A stretch of 63,436 nucleotides of DNA, the filler included, from Candidatus Desantisbacteria bacterium CG1_02_49_89 (lineage in GTDB: Bacteria; Desantisbacteria; UBA1551): NCBI GenBank assembly GCA_001871075.1. It is 5 parts of 5 records of this genome, joined end to end, with 100 filler letters (N's around TTAATTAATTAA, not from the genome) between each part and the next. Parts side by side here need not be neighbours in the genome. Positions count along the whole stretch, not along the records: positions 18,931 to 48,857 come from MNUP01000032.1; positions 48,958 to 56,178 come from MNUP01000118.1; 3 more parts are not named here. The stretch is one strand, 5' to 3'. Numbering within the stretch: the stretch's first letter is position 1; each line of letters starts with the position of its first letter. This document shows positions 39,516-49,034 of this stretch, one piece after another. The position numbers were made by a program, and so were the translations under genes. The notes under the pieces were generated by a model. The model did not search any database. It was not told the DNA's origin and saw only the letters and a list, made by a program, of their open reading frames with translations.

Positions 39516-40547
39516 TTAAATTCCCGCTATCTTATGGCAGCGCTCGATCACCCACATCACGCGGCGCGCGCTCTCCGGCGTTATGGCGAGCGGCGCGTTG
39601 TTTTTCAGTGTTTCATATAGATCGACGTAAAAACCTGCCTGCCCCGGAGATCTATCCTGGTCAATATCCCAGGATTCCTCCTGCCACGGTATGTTATCCG
39701 CGTTATAACTGCGATCCGCGACCGGGAATTCCGAGACCGTCCTGCGCGGAAGCTTTGCAGGGTCAAAATATTTCCACTGCAGTTTCGTGAATTCTCCCCT
39801 CAGCCCTCCCTGGGTCCCCATAATAAGCCAGGAGTCCCCCGCGTAAGCGCATGCGCTGGAAACTTCCAGGTCAACCATCGGCGCGCCCTTCGCCCTGAAA
39901 ATTATTTTCACGTGATCTTCAGCGTCGCCAAGCGCCACTGTCTTTTCCATATGGCAGTAAATTTCCGGTTCCTTATCCCCGAACAGGTGCAGGGCCTGGT
40001 CTATCGCGTGCGGGCAGGTATTGTTAAGCGTGCCGCCCCCGAATTTCCTCAGGGTCTGCCAGTCCCACCGCCTGCCGAAACCGTTCCAGGTCATCTTTAT
40101 CTCCACGATCCTCCCCAATTTTCCCGAGTTTATCACTTCCCTTACCTTAAGGAAATCCGGAAAATATCTGCGGTTATGAAAAACCGTGAGAACCTTCCCT
40201 GTTTTTTTAGCTGTTTTTATCATAAGATCCGCGTCAGAAAGCTTTCCTGCCATCGGTTTTTCGCAGACCACGTTCCTGCCCGCTTTCAGCGCTTCGATGG
40301 TATTTGCCGCGTGCAAGTGGGACGGCGTGGCGATGATCGCCAGCTCAACTTCGCTGTCTTTCAGGAATTCAGGAAGGGTCTCGTAACTCCTGCATTTGAA
40401 CTGCCTTTCCGCTTCGTTCCTGCGCAGCGGGTCCGCGTCGCAGACAGCGGCTACGCGATATCTATCCGATAATTTTTCAAGCAGTTTCGAATGTATATCC
40501 CACCCGCTCCTGCCCAGGCCCACGATCCCAACGTTTATTTTATCCAT
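39516..40547 (-). CDS. Gfo/Idh/MocA oxidoreductase
   Basis: GIVGLGRSG, CEKP, HNRR, GGG....PHAIDQ; GGAGG SD before ATG 40547. Confidence 0.92.
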   Translation of the reverse strand: MDKINVGIVGLGRSGWDIHSKLLEKLSDRYRVAAVCDADPLRRNEAERQFKCRSYETLPEFLKDSEVELAIIATPSHLHAANTIEALKAGRNVVCEKPMAGKLSDADLMIKTAKKTGKVLTVFHNRRYFPDFLKVREVINSGKLGRIVEIKMTWNGFGRRWDWQTLRKFGGGTLNNTCPHAIDQALHLFGDKEPEIYCHMEKTVALGDAEDHVKIIFRAKGAPMVDLEVSSACAYAGDSWLIMGTQGGLRGEFTKLQWKYFDPAKLPRRTVSEFPVADRSYNADNIPWQEESWDIDQDRSPGQAGFYVDLYETLKNNAPLAITPESARRVMWVIERCHKIAGI

Positions 40548-40631
40548 ATTGCCTCCAAGGTAATCCATGGTAGTTTACAAAGTTTATATAGTTTACACAG
40601 TTTACAAAGTATAAATCTGTGCTAATCCGTG

Positions 40632-40698
40632 CCGTAGGGTCATTTACTCGATTCTGACCCGAAGGTCCCTGCGTTAAGCTGCGCAGCTGCTGCGGGGG
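40632..40698. mobile_element. 67-nt mini-element, copy 2
   Basis: Follows AATCCGTG; aligns without gaps to the reverse complement of 2421-2487. Confidence 0.8.
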
Positions 40699-40744
40699 GT
40701 GATTCTTTCGTGATTTCGTGGCACTTTCGTGCTTTCGTGGAAAT

Positions 40745-41473
40745 TTATGGTTGCATGTTGTCTTGCAGTTTAATAAGCAGGTCAGGGCGGTTTGTCAGGA
40801 TGGCGTCGGTCTTGATCTCTATCAGCCTTTTCATTTCCTCTTCTGTGTCCGCGAAGAACACGTTCACGTATATCCCGTATGAATGCGCCCTATCAACCAG
40901 CTCCTTCGTCACTTTATAGGAAGGGGAGAAAAACTGCAGGATGGGGCATTTAAGCTTTCGGGTTTCCTCTACGTATTCTTCGGGATCTGACTGGTATCTC
41001 ATGTTGCATATACGGATCCTCCTGTGCAGTTTGCGGGCGAGCTGGTGCTGGTTTGCGTCAACAGCAAGGTAGGAATTATCTATCCTCCCGGTATTTTTAA
41101 GCAGTTTTATGGTTTTTCCAACGGTCTCAGGAACGGGCCACATGTGCAGGTTAAGCTCTATGTCCGAAGGAATGGAATCCAGGGCTTCTTCCAGGGTGGG
41201 TATCTTTATTCTTTTAAGCGCGGGATCAAGCCAGGAACCCGCGTCCAGGCCTTCGGCTTCAATAAGGGTCAGGTCAATGATCTTCCCTTTTCCGTTCGTT
41301 GTCCTGTCAACGGTTTCATCGTGCAGGATAACAAGGCTTCCGTCTTTCGTGCTTTTCACGTCCATCTCTATGCTGTCCGACCCGATTTTAACCGCTTCGC
41401 GGAAAGCAAGCACCGTGTTCTCAGGGAACTTCCCGGAAAACCCCCTGTGCGCGATTACTTTTACTTTTTTCAT
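40745..41473 (-). CDS. Glycerophosphodiester phosphodiesterase family protein
   Basis: IAHRG, PENT, EMDV..TKDG...ILHD..VDRTT, TNRP. Confidence 0.92.
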   Translation of the reverse strand: MKKVKVIAHRGFSGKFPENTVLAFREAVKIGSDSIEMDVKSTKDGSLVILHDETVDRTTNGKGKIIDLTLIEAEGLDAGSWLDPALKRIKIPTLEEALDSIPSDIELNLHMWPVPETVGKTIKLLKNTGRIDNSYLAVDANQHQLARKLHRRIRICNMRYQSDPEEYVEETRKLKCPILQFFSPSYKVTKELVDRAHSYGIYVNVFFADTEEEMKRLIEIKTDAILTNRPDLLIKLQDNMQP

Positions 41474-41741
41474 TGTTCCTTTTATTTGATTACGGTGATT
41501 TCTAAAAGATGATTACACCGATTACAAAAAAACTATATCGATAAACGACGAATTCCGGTGATTATTTTAAGAACGATTACAGTGTTACAAACTTTTACCA
41601 CGCGATTTCACAGATTTCTATAGATTTTTACATTCAGCATCCAGCACCTTCGGGCATTCGGCAGATTTTACTCATGACAAATGACTGTTTTATATAATCA
41701 AGTCTATTATATTACTTATTCTATGTTTGTCAAGAATTGAC

Positions 41742-41791
41742 TTGACTTTTCCCGCGATTTGAGTATAATAATAGTATAATCAAAGTTATAC
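41742..41791 (+). promoter_or_regulatory. TA operon promoter with palindromic operator
   Basis: TTGACT-16-TATAAT; GTATAA-N6-TTATAC at 41774-41791. Confidence 0.65.
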
Positions 41792-41802
41792 CGGAGGAAG
41801 AA

Positions 41803-42042
41803 ATGGGAACTATAAGGCTTACGGTGACAATACCGGAAAAAGAATACAAAAAAATAGAGGATGAAAAAAGAAAAAAGGGAATTAACAGGAGCGCTCTCGT
41901 GCAGGAGATGATAGGCGTATATTTCAAAAACGAGGAAGAGCGGCAGAATGTCGCCCGCTATATAGAGGGTTACCGCAGGAAACCGGAGAAAGCATCGCCC
42001 GCGCTTGATAAGGCCCAGGCTGAGACCCTGGGGGAGTTTTAA
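41803..42042 (+). CDS. Ribbon-helix-helix antitoxin
   Basis: IRLTVTIP...INRSALVQ RHH pattern; YIEGYRRKP; directly upstream of the toxin. Confidence 0.82.
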   Translation: MGTIRLTVTIPEKEYKKIEDEKRKKGINRSALVQEMIGVYFKNEEERQNVARYIEGYRRKPEKASPALDKAQAETLGEF

Positions 42043-42043
42043 A

Positions 42044-42358
42044 ATGCGCAGAGGAGAGATCTGGTGGGCAAAACTTCCTGAACCCGCGGGAAAACGCCCT
42101 GTCCTGCTTCTTTCAAGGAACGAGGCTTACGCCGTGCGAAACTCAGTTACAGCGGCTGAGGTTACAAGCAGGATCAGGGGCATACCCGTGGAAGTCCAGC
42201 TCGGACTTGCTGACGGAATGCCAAAAGAATGCGTGGTCAATCTTGACACAATAATCACGATAACCAAATCGCTTATTGAAACAAGGATAACCGCCCTGGA
42301 CAACGAAAAGATGAAAGAAGTGGAGAAGGCGATAAAATTCGCCCTTGCGATAACATAA
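42044..42358 (+). CDS. mazF: PemK/MazF family endoribonuclease toxin
   Basis: MRRGEIWW...KRPVLLLS...VTS...VNLD.I.TI. Confidence 0.92.
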   Translation: MRRGEIWWAKLPEPAGKRPVLLLSRNEAYAVRNSVTAAEVTSRIRGIPVEVQLGLADGMPKECVVNLDTIITITKSLIETRITALDNEKMKEVEKAIKFALAIT

Positions 42359-42369
42359 AAGGAGCCTGA

Positions 42370-43731
42370 ATGAATAAAGCGATTGAAGAAGCGATGAAGG
42401 CGCTGGAAGCGGCTATCCCGAAAGCGCAGGCAGACCCTGACAGGCCTGTATTCCACATGCTTCCGCCCGCGCAGTGGTGCAACGACCCCAACGGGCCTGT
42501 TTATCACAACGGGTATTATCATATTTTTTACCAGCACTGCCCGTTCGGAGACACTCCGGGCCAGGGACGATGGCAGATGTACTGGGGGCACGCGAGAAGC
42601 AAAGACCTTGTGCGCTGGGAGCATTTGCCGATAGCGATCTGGCCCTCGAATGATCTGGGAGAAAACGGATGCTGGTCAGGCACTGCAGCGATAAGGGATG
42701 ACGGAGTTCCTTTCATTATATATACCAGCGTGGGGCCCAATAAGAACGCGAAGGACGCTTCGGAACATTGGGCTGCAACAGGAGACCCTGAGCTTATAAC
42801 CTGGAAAAAGCATCCTGCAAACCCGGTATTAAGCCATAAGGCGCACAAAGACGTCAAGATAGAAGACTGGCGTGACCCTTTTATATTCAGGGAAGGCAAA
42901 AAATGGTATATGGTCATAGGCGGGCACAGGGTCGGGGGAAAGGGATGCATAACGCTTTACAGCTCTGATGACCTGGAAAAATGGGAGTTCCTGGGAATTC
43001 CGTTTGAGGGAACAGAGGACAACTGGGAGGTCCCGAATCTGTTCAAGCTGGGTAGCAAGTGGGTGCTGACCTATTCTCCGTACAGCACGATAAAATATTA
43101 CACCGGAGATTTTGACCTGAAAACGCTCAAATTCAAGCCTGAATACCAGGGGACCGTGGATTTCAGCCCAAATTTCTACGCTATGAACTGCTTCCAGCTT
43201 GAAAAAGGAAGAAGGGTCCTTATTGCCTGGATAGGAGCCTGGGAAAATGGGTTCAAGCCAGGCAGGGGATGGGCAGGATGCATGTCGCTCCCGCGCGAGC
43301 TTTCTATCTTACCGTCAGGGCAGCTTGTGCAGAAACCAATTGGGGAATTTAGCAAACTCAGGGCAAAACATTATGATGGTTTACATAGTCTACAGAGTTT
43401 ACAAAGTTTACAGAGTCAGAACATAAATACACTTGAGATACAGGCGGAGATCGAAGGAGAAAGCTGGGAAATGAAACTGGGAACGCTTGAAGACGGCGGA
43501 AAGCTGGCGATCGCGTGCAGCGGGAAAGAGATAGACGTACTTGGCACAAAGATCCCGCTTGAAAAACCCGGTAAAACATTTGAACTGCATATGTTCCTTG
43601 ACAGGACAGTGCTTGAGATCCTGATCAACGGCGTTTCCTGCACAAAGGTTGTTTATTTAAAAAATTTAAAGCATGAGTTCTCGGGTAATTTCAAAAAGAT
43701 CGACGCGTGGAAGATCAAGTCAATTTGGTAA
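42370..43731 (+). CDS. GH32 glycoside hydrolase
   Basis: NDPNG, WGHA.S.DL, WSG, RDP and WEVP (canonical WECP) motifs. Confidence 0.93.
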   Translation: MNKAIEEAMKALEAAIPKAQADPDRPVFHMLPPAQWCNDPNGPVYHNGYYHIFYQHCPFGDTPGQGRWQMYWGHARSKDLVRWEHLPIAIWPSNDLGENGCWSGTAAIRDDGVPFIIYTSVGPNKNAKDASEHWAATGDPELITWKKHPANPVLSHKAHKDVKIEDWRDPFIFREGKKWYMVIGGHRVGGKGCITLYSSDDLEKWEFLGIPFEGTEDNWEVPNLFKLGSKWVLTYSPYSTIKYYTGDFDLKTLKFKPEYQGTVDFSPNFYAMNCFQLEKGRRVLIAWIGAWENGFKPGRGWAGCMSLPRELSILPSGQLVQKPIGEFSKLRAKHYDGLHSLQSLQSLQSQNINTLEIQAEIEGESWEMKLGTLEDGGKLAIACSGKEIDVLGTKIPLEKPGKTFELHMFLDRTVLEILINGVSCTKVVYLKNLKHEFSGNFKKIDAWKIKSIW

Positions 43732-43734
43732 TAT

Positions 43735-44044
43735 TTAACCACGGATTCAGAGGGTAGAGTACTGAGAGTAGACCCTTTAGGGTCGTTTAAACGGGGCTAA
43801 AGCCCCTACTCCTAAAAATTTCCATGAAATCACTCCGCCCCGATGGACATCGGGGCGAGACTTCGCCCACCTGAAAGGATGGGCGAGGAAAGCACGAAAA
43901 AAATCACCACGGAGGCACGGAGACACAGAGAAATTATTGAGTTTTGCAAATGACAAACGACTAATGACTGTATTCAGCCACTGAGGGCACTGAATTCACT
44001 GAGTTACTCTGTAAACTGTGTAAACTATATAAACTTTGTAAACT
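43735..44044. repeat. Composite repeat cluster
   Basis: REP doublet 43767-43812, double hairpin 43834-43887, and CACGGAG, AATGAC, CACTGA and TGTAAAC arrays. Confidence 0.8.
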
Positions 44045-44054
44045 TAACTCGACA

Positions 44055-45047
44055 ATGAATAAAATAAGATTTGAAAAACACAGTGATAACCCGATTATAA
44101 AGCGCGAACCGGGGACGTTCCGCAGCATACACGCCGCCAACCCTGACATAATCCAGTTCAGGGGGCGGTATCTGTTTTATTTCCGCGGCCAGGGGGACGA
44201 AAAGCACGACCAGATGGCTGTCGGATCCTGCAAGCCAGAGGAATTTGACGCGGCCAGCTGGCAGATGGCTGAAGAAAATCCCATAATAAAGGTAAGCCCC
44301 CAGCCCGGCGACTGCGATTCCGCGCACGTGCTTGACCCCGCGGTAGTTGTCGTGAACAGGAAGGTCTACTTGTATTATTCGGCGCACTCTCTTGATACAA
44401 ACCGCCACTCGTCAGTGGCGCTCGCGGTCTCGGAAGACGGGATAAACTTTAAAAAATACCCTAAAAATCCCCTTATTCCCGGCATCGCACCGGAGATCGT
44501 GTATAAGGATAAAACCTTTTATTTATTTTACGAACGGCCCAACCTGTGGGGCCAGTTTGACATATTCATCTGCCCCGGCTCAGATTGTAAACATTTTTCA
44601 ACAAGGGACGAGCGTATAGTATTCACTGCCTCCGGGAAACAGGGGGAATTTGATTCGTTCAGCATCTCGACAGTGCGCATCTGGAAAGAAGGCAAGTGGT
44701 ATTACATGGCGTACGGCGGATGCGGCAGATACATTGATTATCCCAGCGCGATAGGGCTTGCCAGGTCGCAGGACCTGCTGCGCTGGGAAAGGTATCCGGG
44801 CAACCCGGTCATGGAACGCGGCGAACCCGGTTCCTGGGATGAAGGCGGCTTGTGGTTCGCGACAGTCAAGAAATTAAAAGGCGTGTATTATCTCTGGTAT
44901 GAAGGCTGCGGCACGGGCATGGGAACCGCCGCGCCTGAAGCAATAGAAGCATCCAGAAAAGCAAGGGAAGAGAATTACGGCGGGTACGCTGTCACCAATT
45001 TCTCGCAAATTGGTTTAGCTGTTTTCCGGGGTAAAATGTCCTGGTGA
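44055..45047 (+). CDS. Five-bladed beta-propeller glycoside hydrolase-like protein
   Basis: Repeated NP(I/V) blades, VLDP, LAVSEDG, LARSQDL..W, PGSWDE. Confidence 0.72.
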   Translation: MNKIRFEKHSDNPIIKREPGTFRSIHAANPDIIQFRGRYLFYFRGQGDEKHDQMAVGSCKPEEFDAASWQMAEENPIIKVSPQPGDCDSAHVLDPAVVVVNRKVYLYYSAHSLDTNRHSSVALAVSEDGINFKKYPKNPLIPGIAPEIVYKDKTFYLFYERPNLWGQFDIFICPGSDCKHFSTRDERIVFTASGKQGEFDSFSISTVRIWKEGKWYYMAYGGCGRYIDYPSAIGLARSQDLLRWERYPGNPVMERGEPGSWDEGGLWFATVKKLKGVYYLWYEGCGTGMGTAAPEAIEASRKAREENYGGYAVTNFSQIGLAVFRGKMSW

Positions 45048-45104
45048 AATGCAGCTTACAGGCTTATAAGCTTACAAGTTAATAATAGAAACGAAAACAT
45101 AAAA

Positions 45105-45149
45105 AATCCCTCTAAATCTCCCTTTTATAAAGGGAGACACAGAGGGATT
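45105..45149. repeat. AATCCCTCT..CTCCCTTT..AAAGGGAG palindrome
   Basis: Long hairpin between convergent genes; partial copy at 20147-20179. Confidence 0.7.
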
Positions 45150-45199
45150 TCTTATTTTTTACTTGTAAACTTGTAAACTCTGTAAACTTATAAACTGCA

Positions 45200-45955
45200 T
45201 TATTTAATGATCCGCCAGCGGTTGAAAGGCCAGTATATGAAAAGCGCCTTTCCTTTAAGGTTCTTGTGCGGGACAAACCCCCAGTACCTGCTGTCAAGGC
45301 TCTGGTCCCGGTTGTCCCCCATCACAAACAAATGGTCTTTGGGCACCTGGAAAACCCCGAGGTTGTCCCTTGGGTTCTGCGGGGCAAACGGATAAACGCC
45401 CGAGTCGTTGTGTATCTTATAAGGTTCGTTAAGCGCTGCCCCGTTCACGTAAACCTGCTTGTTGATTATCCGCACTGTGTCACCTTCCACCGCTATAACC
45501 CTTTTAATGAAATCCTTCTTTTTATCCTGCGGGTATATGAAAATCACTATCTCATTCCTCTTCGGCAGTTTTTTCCAGTAGTTGAAACGGCTCACGAACA
45601 GGCGGTCCTTGATCTCCAGGGTCGGTATCATCGAGCCGGAGGGGATCTTATAAGCCTGCACGACGAAAGCCCTGATATTCAGGACGAGGAAGCCAGCGAA
45701 AACAAACACCTCGATCCATTCCTTTACTTCCTTTGAAATGCGCACTGTTTTCCTTCTAATATAAAACCTGTAGAACAGAGCCACCAGCAGGAACTCGAGC
45801 CATTTCAGGTACGGTTCGTTCACGAACTTCAGGAAAGTGAACAGGAACGGCCCTGCCAGGAACCCTATCACGATCGCTGTAACCCACTCACCCACTTCGC
45901 TCGTCTGCCCCCGTTCATCCTGCGGTTCCGCTTTCTTTAATTTTTTTTCATCCAT
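45200..45955 (-). CDS. lepB: Signal peptidase I
   Basis: IPSGSMIPTL, FIKRVI, MGDNRDQSLDSRYWG. Confidence 0.97.
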   Translation of the reverse strand: MDEKKLKKAEPQDERGQTSEVGEWVTAIVIGFLAGPFLFTFLKFVNEPYLKWLEFLLVALFYRFYIRRKTVRISKEVKEWIEVFVFAGFLVLNIRAFVVQAYKIPSGSMIPTLEIKDRLFVSRFNYWKKLPKRNEIVIFIYPQDKKKDFIKRVIAVEGDTVRIINKQVYVNGAALNEPYKIHNDSGVYPFAPQNPRDNLGVFQVPKDHLFVMGDNRDQSLDSRYWGFVPHKNLKGKALFIYWPFNRWRIIK

Positions 45956-45970
45956 TTATCCTCCTTTAAT

Positions 45971-46333
45971 GCGTGTCAGCGTGTCAACGTATCAGCGTGT
46001 CAGAGCAACAGCAAGGAATTTATTTTAAAACCTTATTAACAATATATCTTCGTGTTTTCGTGGAGATCATGTTTTTTTTAAGTTCTCTTAAGTTCCCTGT
46101 GAAAAAATTTTAAGGTGGTCTCCCGCCTCATCGGCGGGTCGCCGCAGGGGCGAACATTGTCCATAGCATACAAAGAGACGCGCTCATTAGTTCAATTGTT
46201 TCCCTGCAGGCCCTTATGGCCTAACGCAGGGATTTCACTCCCAGTTCAACAATTGCTCAATAGCTGAAGGAATTTAAATTTAAAATTCCTTGTTTTTGCG
46301 TTGATACGTTGACACGTTGATACGTTGACACGC
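45971..46333. repeat. Inverted pair of 8-mer/GCAAGGAATTT modules enclosing further hairpins
   Basis: 45971-46030 and reverse complement 46281-46333; internal TCCCTGC..GCAGGGA hairpin at 46201-46232. Confidence 0.75.
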
Positions 46334-46334
46334 T

Positions 46335-46652
46335 TTAATACCCAAGCAGCGGGACCAGCACCCCTGCAGCGGTCGCGGCATACGCCACTGCCCAGCGCAA
46401 TTTCATGTAAACCGGATTCGGTGCCGCCGCTCTGCCTGGTTCTTCTATCCCCGCCATTACCCTCTGCGTGAAATCCTGCGGAGGCAGGGCAGGTTCAAGC
46501 CCTTTCGCCTTCTCGTCAAGCCCTTTATAAAAGGAAAGCTCTCTGCTGCATTCGGAACAGGAGCAGAGATGCCGCTCAAAGCTCTCTTTTTCCCTGCCTG
46601 CCAGTTCGGAATCCAGGTATTTCCTTATTAAGTCCCTGTGATCACATTGCAT
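46335..46652 (-). CDS. zf-HC2 anti-sigma factor
   Basis: YLDSEL...HLCSCSEC (HxxxCxxC); C-terminal hydrophobic helix. Confidence 0.85.
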   Translation of the reverse strand: MQCDHRDLIRKYLDSELAGREKESFERHLCSCSECSRELSFYKGLDEKAKGLEPALPPQDFTQRVMAGIEEPGRAAAPNPVYMKLRWAVAYAATAAGVLVPLLGY

Positions 46653-46691
46653 TTATCGCCTCCTATGATGATATACAATCTTTTAGATTAT

Positions 46692-46781
46692 CGTAGGGCA
46701 AAGCTTTAGCCTTGCGAAAATGAATCCCGATTTTTCCTTTGATAAATATTAAATACCGCAAACCTAAAGGTTTGCCCTACG
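46692..46781. repeat. Inverted REP doublet between the sigma and anti-sigma genes
   Basis: CGTAGGGCAAAGCTTTAGCCTTGCG ... CGCAAACCTAAAGGTTTGCCCTACG. Confidence 0.85.
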
Positions 46782-46796
46782 AACACATAAAAAAGT

Positions 46797-47342
46797 TCAT
46801 GTTCCTTTGAATCTTTCATAAAGCATCTGCTTAGCCCTGTGGATGCGCACCCTTACTGTTCCTTCCGGGCACTTCAGCATCTTAGATATTTCCTCGCAGG
46901 TATAGTTTTCAAGGTGCTTCAGGACAAAAGCCGCCCTGTATTTCTCAGGAAGTATGCCCAGCATCCCCTCGATCTCCTGGTTGCTGCTCATTTTAGCGTC
47001 AGTGCCGGGTTTAGTGTCAGCGATATGCTCGGGATCTGCGGCAGCGGCACATCGCACCGGGGTTTTCCCGGCTTTCAGCCAGTTTCTGGCGGTATTGAGC
47101 GCGATACTATAAAGCCAGCTGAAAAAATTCAGGTCCTGCCTGAAACTTTTAAGGTTCCTGTATGCCTTTATAAACGTTTCCTGCGCCACGTCATCCGCGT
47201 CAAACCTGCTGCCTGTCATGCGGAACGCGAGATTATACACGGGATTCTTGTATTTGTCCACAAGCGCGGCGAACGCTTGTTTGTCCTTGCCAAGGACCTT
47301 TTTGATTATACCGATGTCTTCGGCATTGCTTTCCGTATTCAA
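46797..47342 (-). CDS. ECF RNA polymerase sigma factor
   Basis: DADDVAQETFIKAY, FFSWLYSIA.N, GTVRVRIHRAK. Confidence 0.93.
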   Translation of the reverse strand: MNTESNAEDIGIIKKVLGKDKQAFAALVDKYKNPVYNLAFRMTGSRFDADDVAQETFIKAYRNLKSFRQDLNFFSWLYSIALNTARNWLKAGKTPVRCAAAADPEHIADTKPGTDAKMSSNQEIEGMLGILPEKYRAAFVLKHLENYTCEEISKMLKCPEGTVRVRIHRAKQMLYERFKGT

Positions 47343-47436
47343 CCGCCTGCTCCCTCTTCTACTAAATATACAATTGAAACCACTGAAAAGTTACATTTTA
47401 GTTTGGCCAATTTCGCCTGTTTTGCCGGTTTAGGCT

Positions 47437-47530
47437 GTCATTGCGAATCCGAAGGGTGAAGCAATCTAACTACGAGATTGTCCCGAAGGGATCCCTTTGG
47501 GACTTCGTCACTGACGTTCCTCGCAATGAC
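47437..47530. repeat. GTCATTGCG...CGCAATGAC palindromic element with a 22-nt nested insert
   Basis: Terminal inverted repeats; relatives at 49561-49633 and 23643-23669. Confidence 0.8.
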
Positions 47531-47542
47531 TATAAGGGCAGG

Positions 47543-48403
47543 CTATTTAAGCAGTCTTTCTATATTCAGGCGGGTTATTTTGTCAAAGGCGGCCTGAGAG
47601 ATCTTTCCTTCCTTCAATCCGTTGCGGAAATAGTCAACAATGGGAACATCCTGCACGACATGGCAGAGGTCAGTGCCGAAAAGAAGCTTGTCCTGGAACT
47701 CTTCGAGGAACCTTCGGCCGTACTCCGGGTCTCTTGTTATGGCGTTAAAACCCGAACCCGCTGAAAGGTCGCCGTAAAGATTCGGGTATTTCCTCAAAAG
47801 CTCCTGTATCCTTCCTTCTTTCTCGATCTTGCCCGCGGGGTAGCCGCCGCGTGTCTCCTCGTTCACGTCAGCTGAAACTTCTGACCAGAAAGCCATCGCG
47901 TGGCCTATGAAAACAGTGTCCGGAGCTTCTTTCAGGACTTTTTCCATCCTGGGGAGCCGGATGTCGTCCACAAGGCCGTAGGATACGCCAACCTTGTCAA
48001 ACAGGTGGAACAGCACTGGAAACCCCGCTTTCCCGCACTGGCAGAAAAGGTTCACGCATTTCGGGTCGTCAAAAAGCATGTTCGCGGTGAGTTCCCCCAG
48101 GCCCTTGCATCCTTTCTGCCTGTATTCGTCAAGGATCCAGGAGAAATCCGTGTCAGGAGAGTTGTTTCCCTGCCTGGGGTCAACGTTGCAGAAGGGTATG
48201 ATCCTGTCAGGATGGCGCTTGAAAGAAGCGAGCGCGTCCTCTGTTGAAAAGGGGAAGGTCTGGGATTCAGGGCTTGCGCCTATAGGCAGAACCACGAACC
48301 TGTCTATCCCGAGTTCATCCGCCCTTTTCAGGAGCTTGTCTTCCGTGAGTTCCTCTTCCTGCTGATGCATCCAGCGAACGATGTGTGTATGGCAGTCTAT
48401 CAT
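47543..48403 (-). CDS. Amidohydrolase (Amidohydro_2 family)
   Basis: IDCHTH, GLGE, LFH, FIGH, LFGTD. Confidence 0.92.
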   Translation of the reverse strand: MIDCHTHIVRWMHQQEEELTEDKLLKRADELGIDRFVVLPIGASPESQTFPFSTEDALASFKRHPDRIIPFCNVDPRQGNNSPDTDFSWILDEYRQKGCKGLGELTANMLFDDPKCVNLFCQCGKAGFPVLFHLFDKVGVSYGLVDDIRLPRMEKVLKEAPDTVFIGHAMAFWSEVSADVNEETRGGYPAGKIEKEGRIQELLRKYPNLYGDLSAGSGFNAITRDPEYGRRFLEEFQDKLLFGTDLCHVVQDVPIVDYFRNGLKEGKISQAAFDKITRLNIERLLK

Positions 48404-48562
48404 CTTTTTTCCTTCGGAAAAACAATTATGAGTTATGAATTATAATTTATGAGTTAAAAAGCAAGGAGTTTATTGTAACTCAGGGCTTCAGCCCTGATTA
48501 ATAACTTTGCTTCGCAACATTCCTTTTTAGCAGGATCATTTACTTGATAAATTTGGGTGATT

Positions 48563-48856
48563 TTAGATGACAATTTCAGAAGATTTTAATTCTATTTCTT
48601 TTGTTATCAATTTATAATATAATACTATAAAAAAGACCTGGATAAATGGAGTTCCCGCAGAACTTACTATAATATTATAAATTTGACTTATATTTTTCCA
48701 GGTTTCCTTTGGGACAAAGAAATAAGGGAAATATCCAACAATAAAATATAGTAAATATATCTCTATTGCAGTTATTTTAGTTTTTACGCCTTTGGCTAAT
48801 TCCGCACTTCTCTTTAATGCTAATTTACTCGTATTATTTTCTATGACAAAAACCGC
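48563..48856 (-). CDS. 3' fragment of a membrane protein (not in the ORF track)
   Basis: Open frame AVFVIENN..ALKRSAEL..two hydrophobic segments..VLYYKL..* running from the contig edge. Confidence 0.6.
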   Translation of the reverse strand, partial: AVFVIENNTSKLALKRSAELAKGVKTKITAIEIYLLYFIVGYFPYFFVPKETWKNISQIYNIIVSSAGTPFIQVFFIVLYYKLITKEIELKSSEIVI

Positions 48857-48857
48857 C

Positions 48858-48957
48858 NNNNNNNNNNNNNNNNNNNNNNNNNNNNNNNNNNNNNNNNNNN
48901 NTTAATTAATTAANNNNNNNNNNNNNNNNNNNNNNNNNNNNNNNNNNNNNNNNNNNN
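48858..48957. other. Artificial contig linker
   Basis: N-run with TTAATTAATTAA. Confidence 0.98.
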
Positions 48958-49034
48958 TTTTTCTTGCCAAAGAATATTATACCCTATAGCAGAGAAGAAG
49001 TCAACAGGTGCCCTCGTTATTTAAAGAGCATTAA

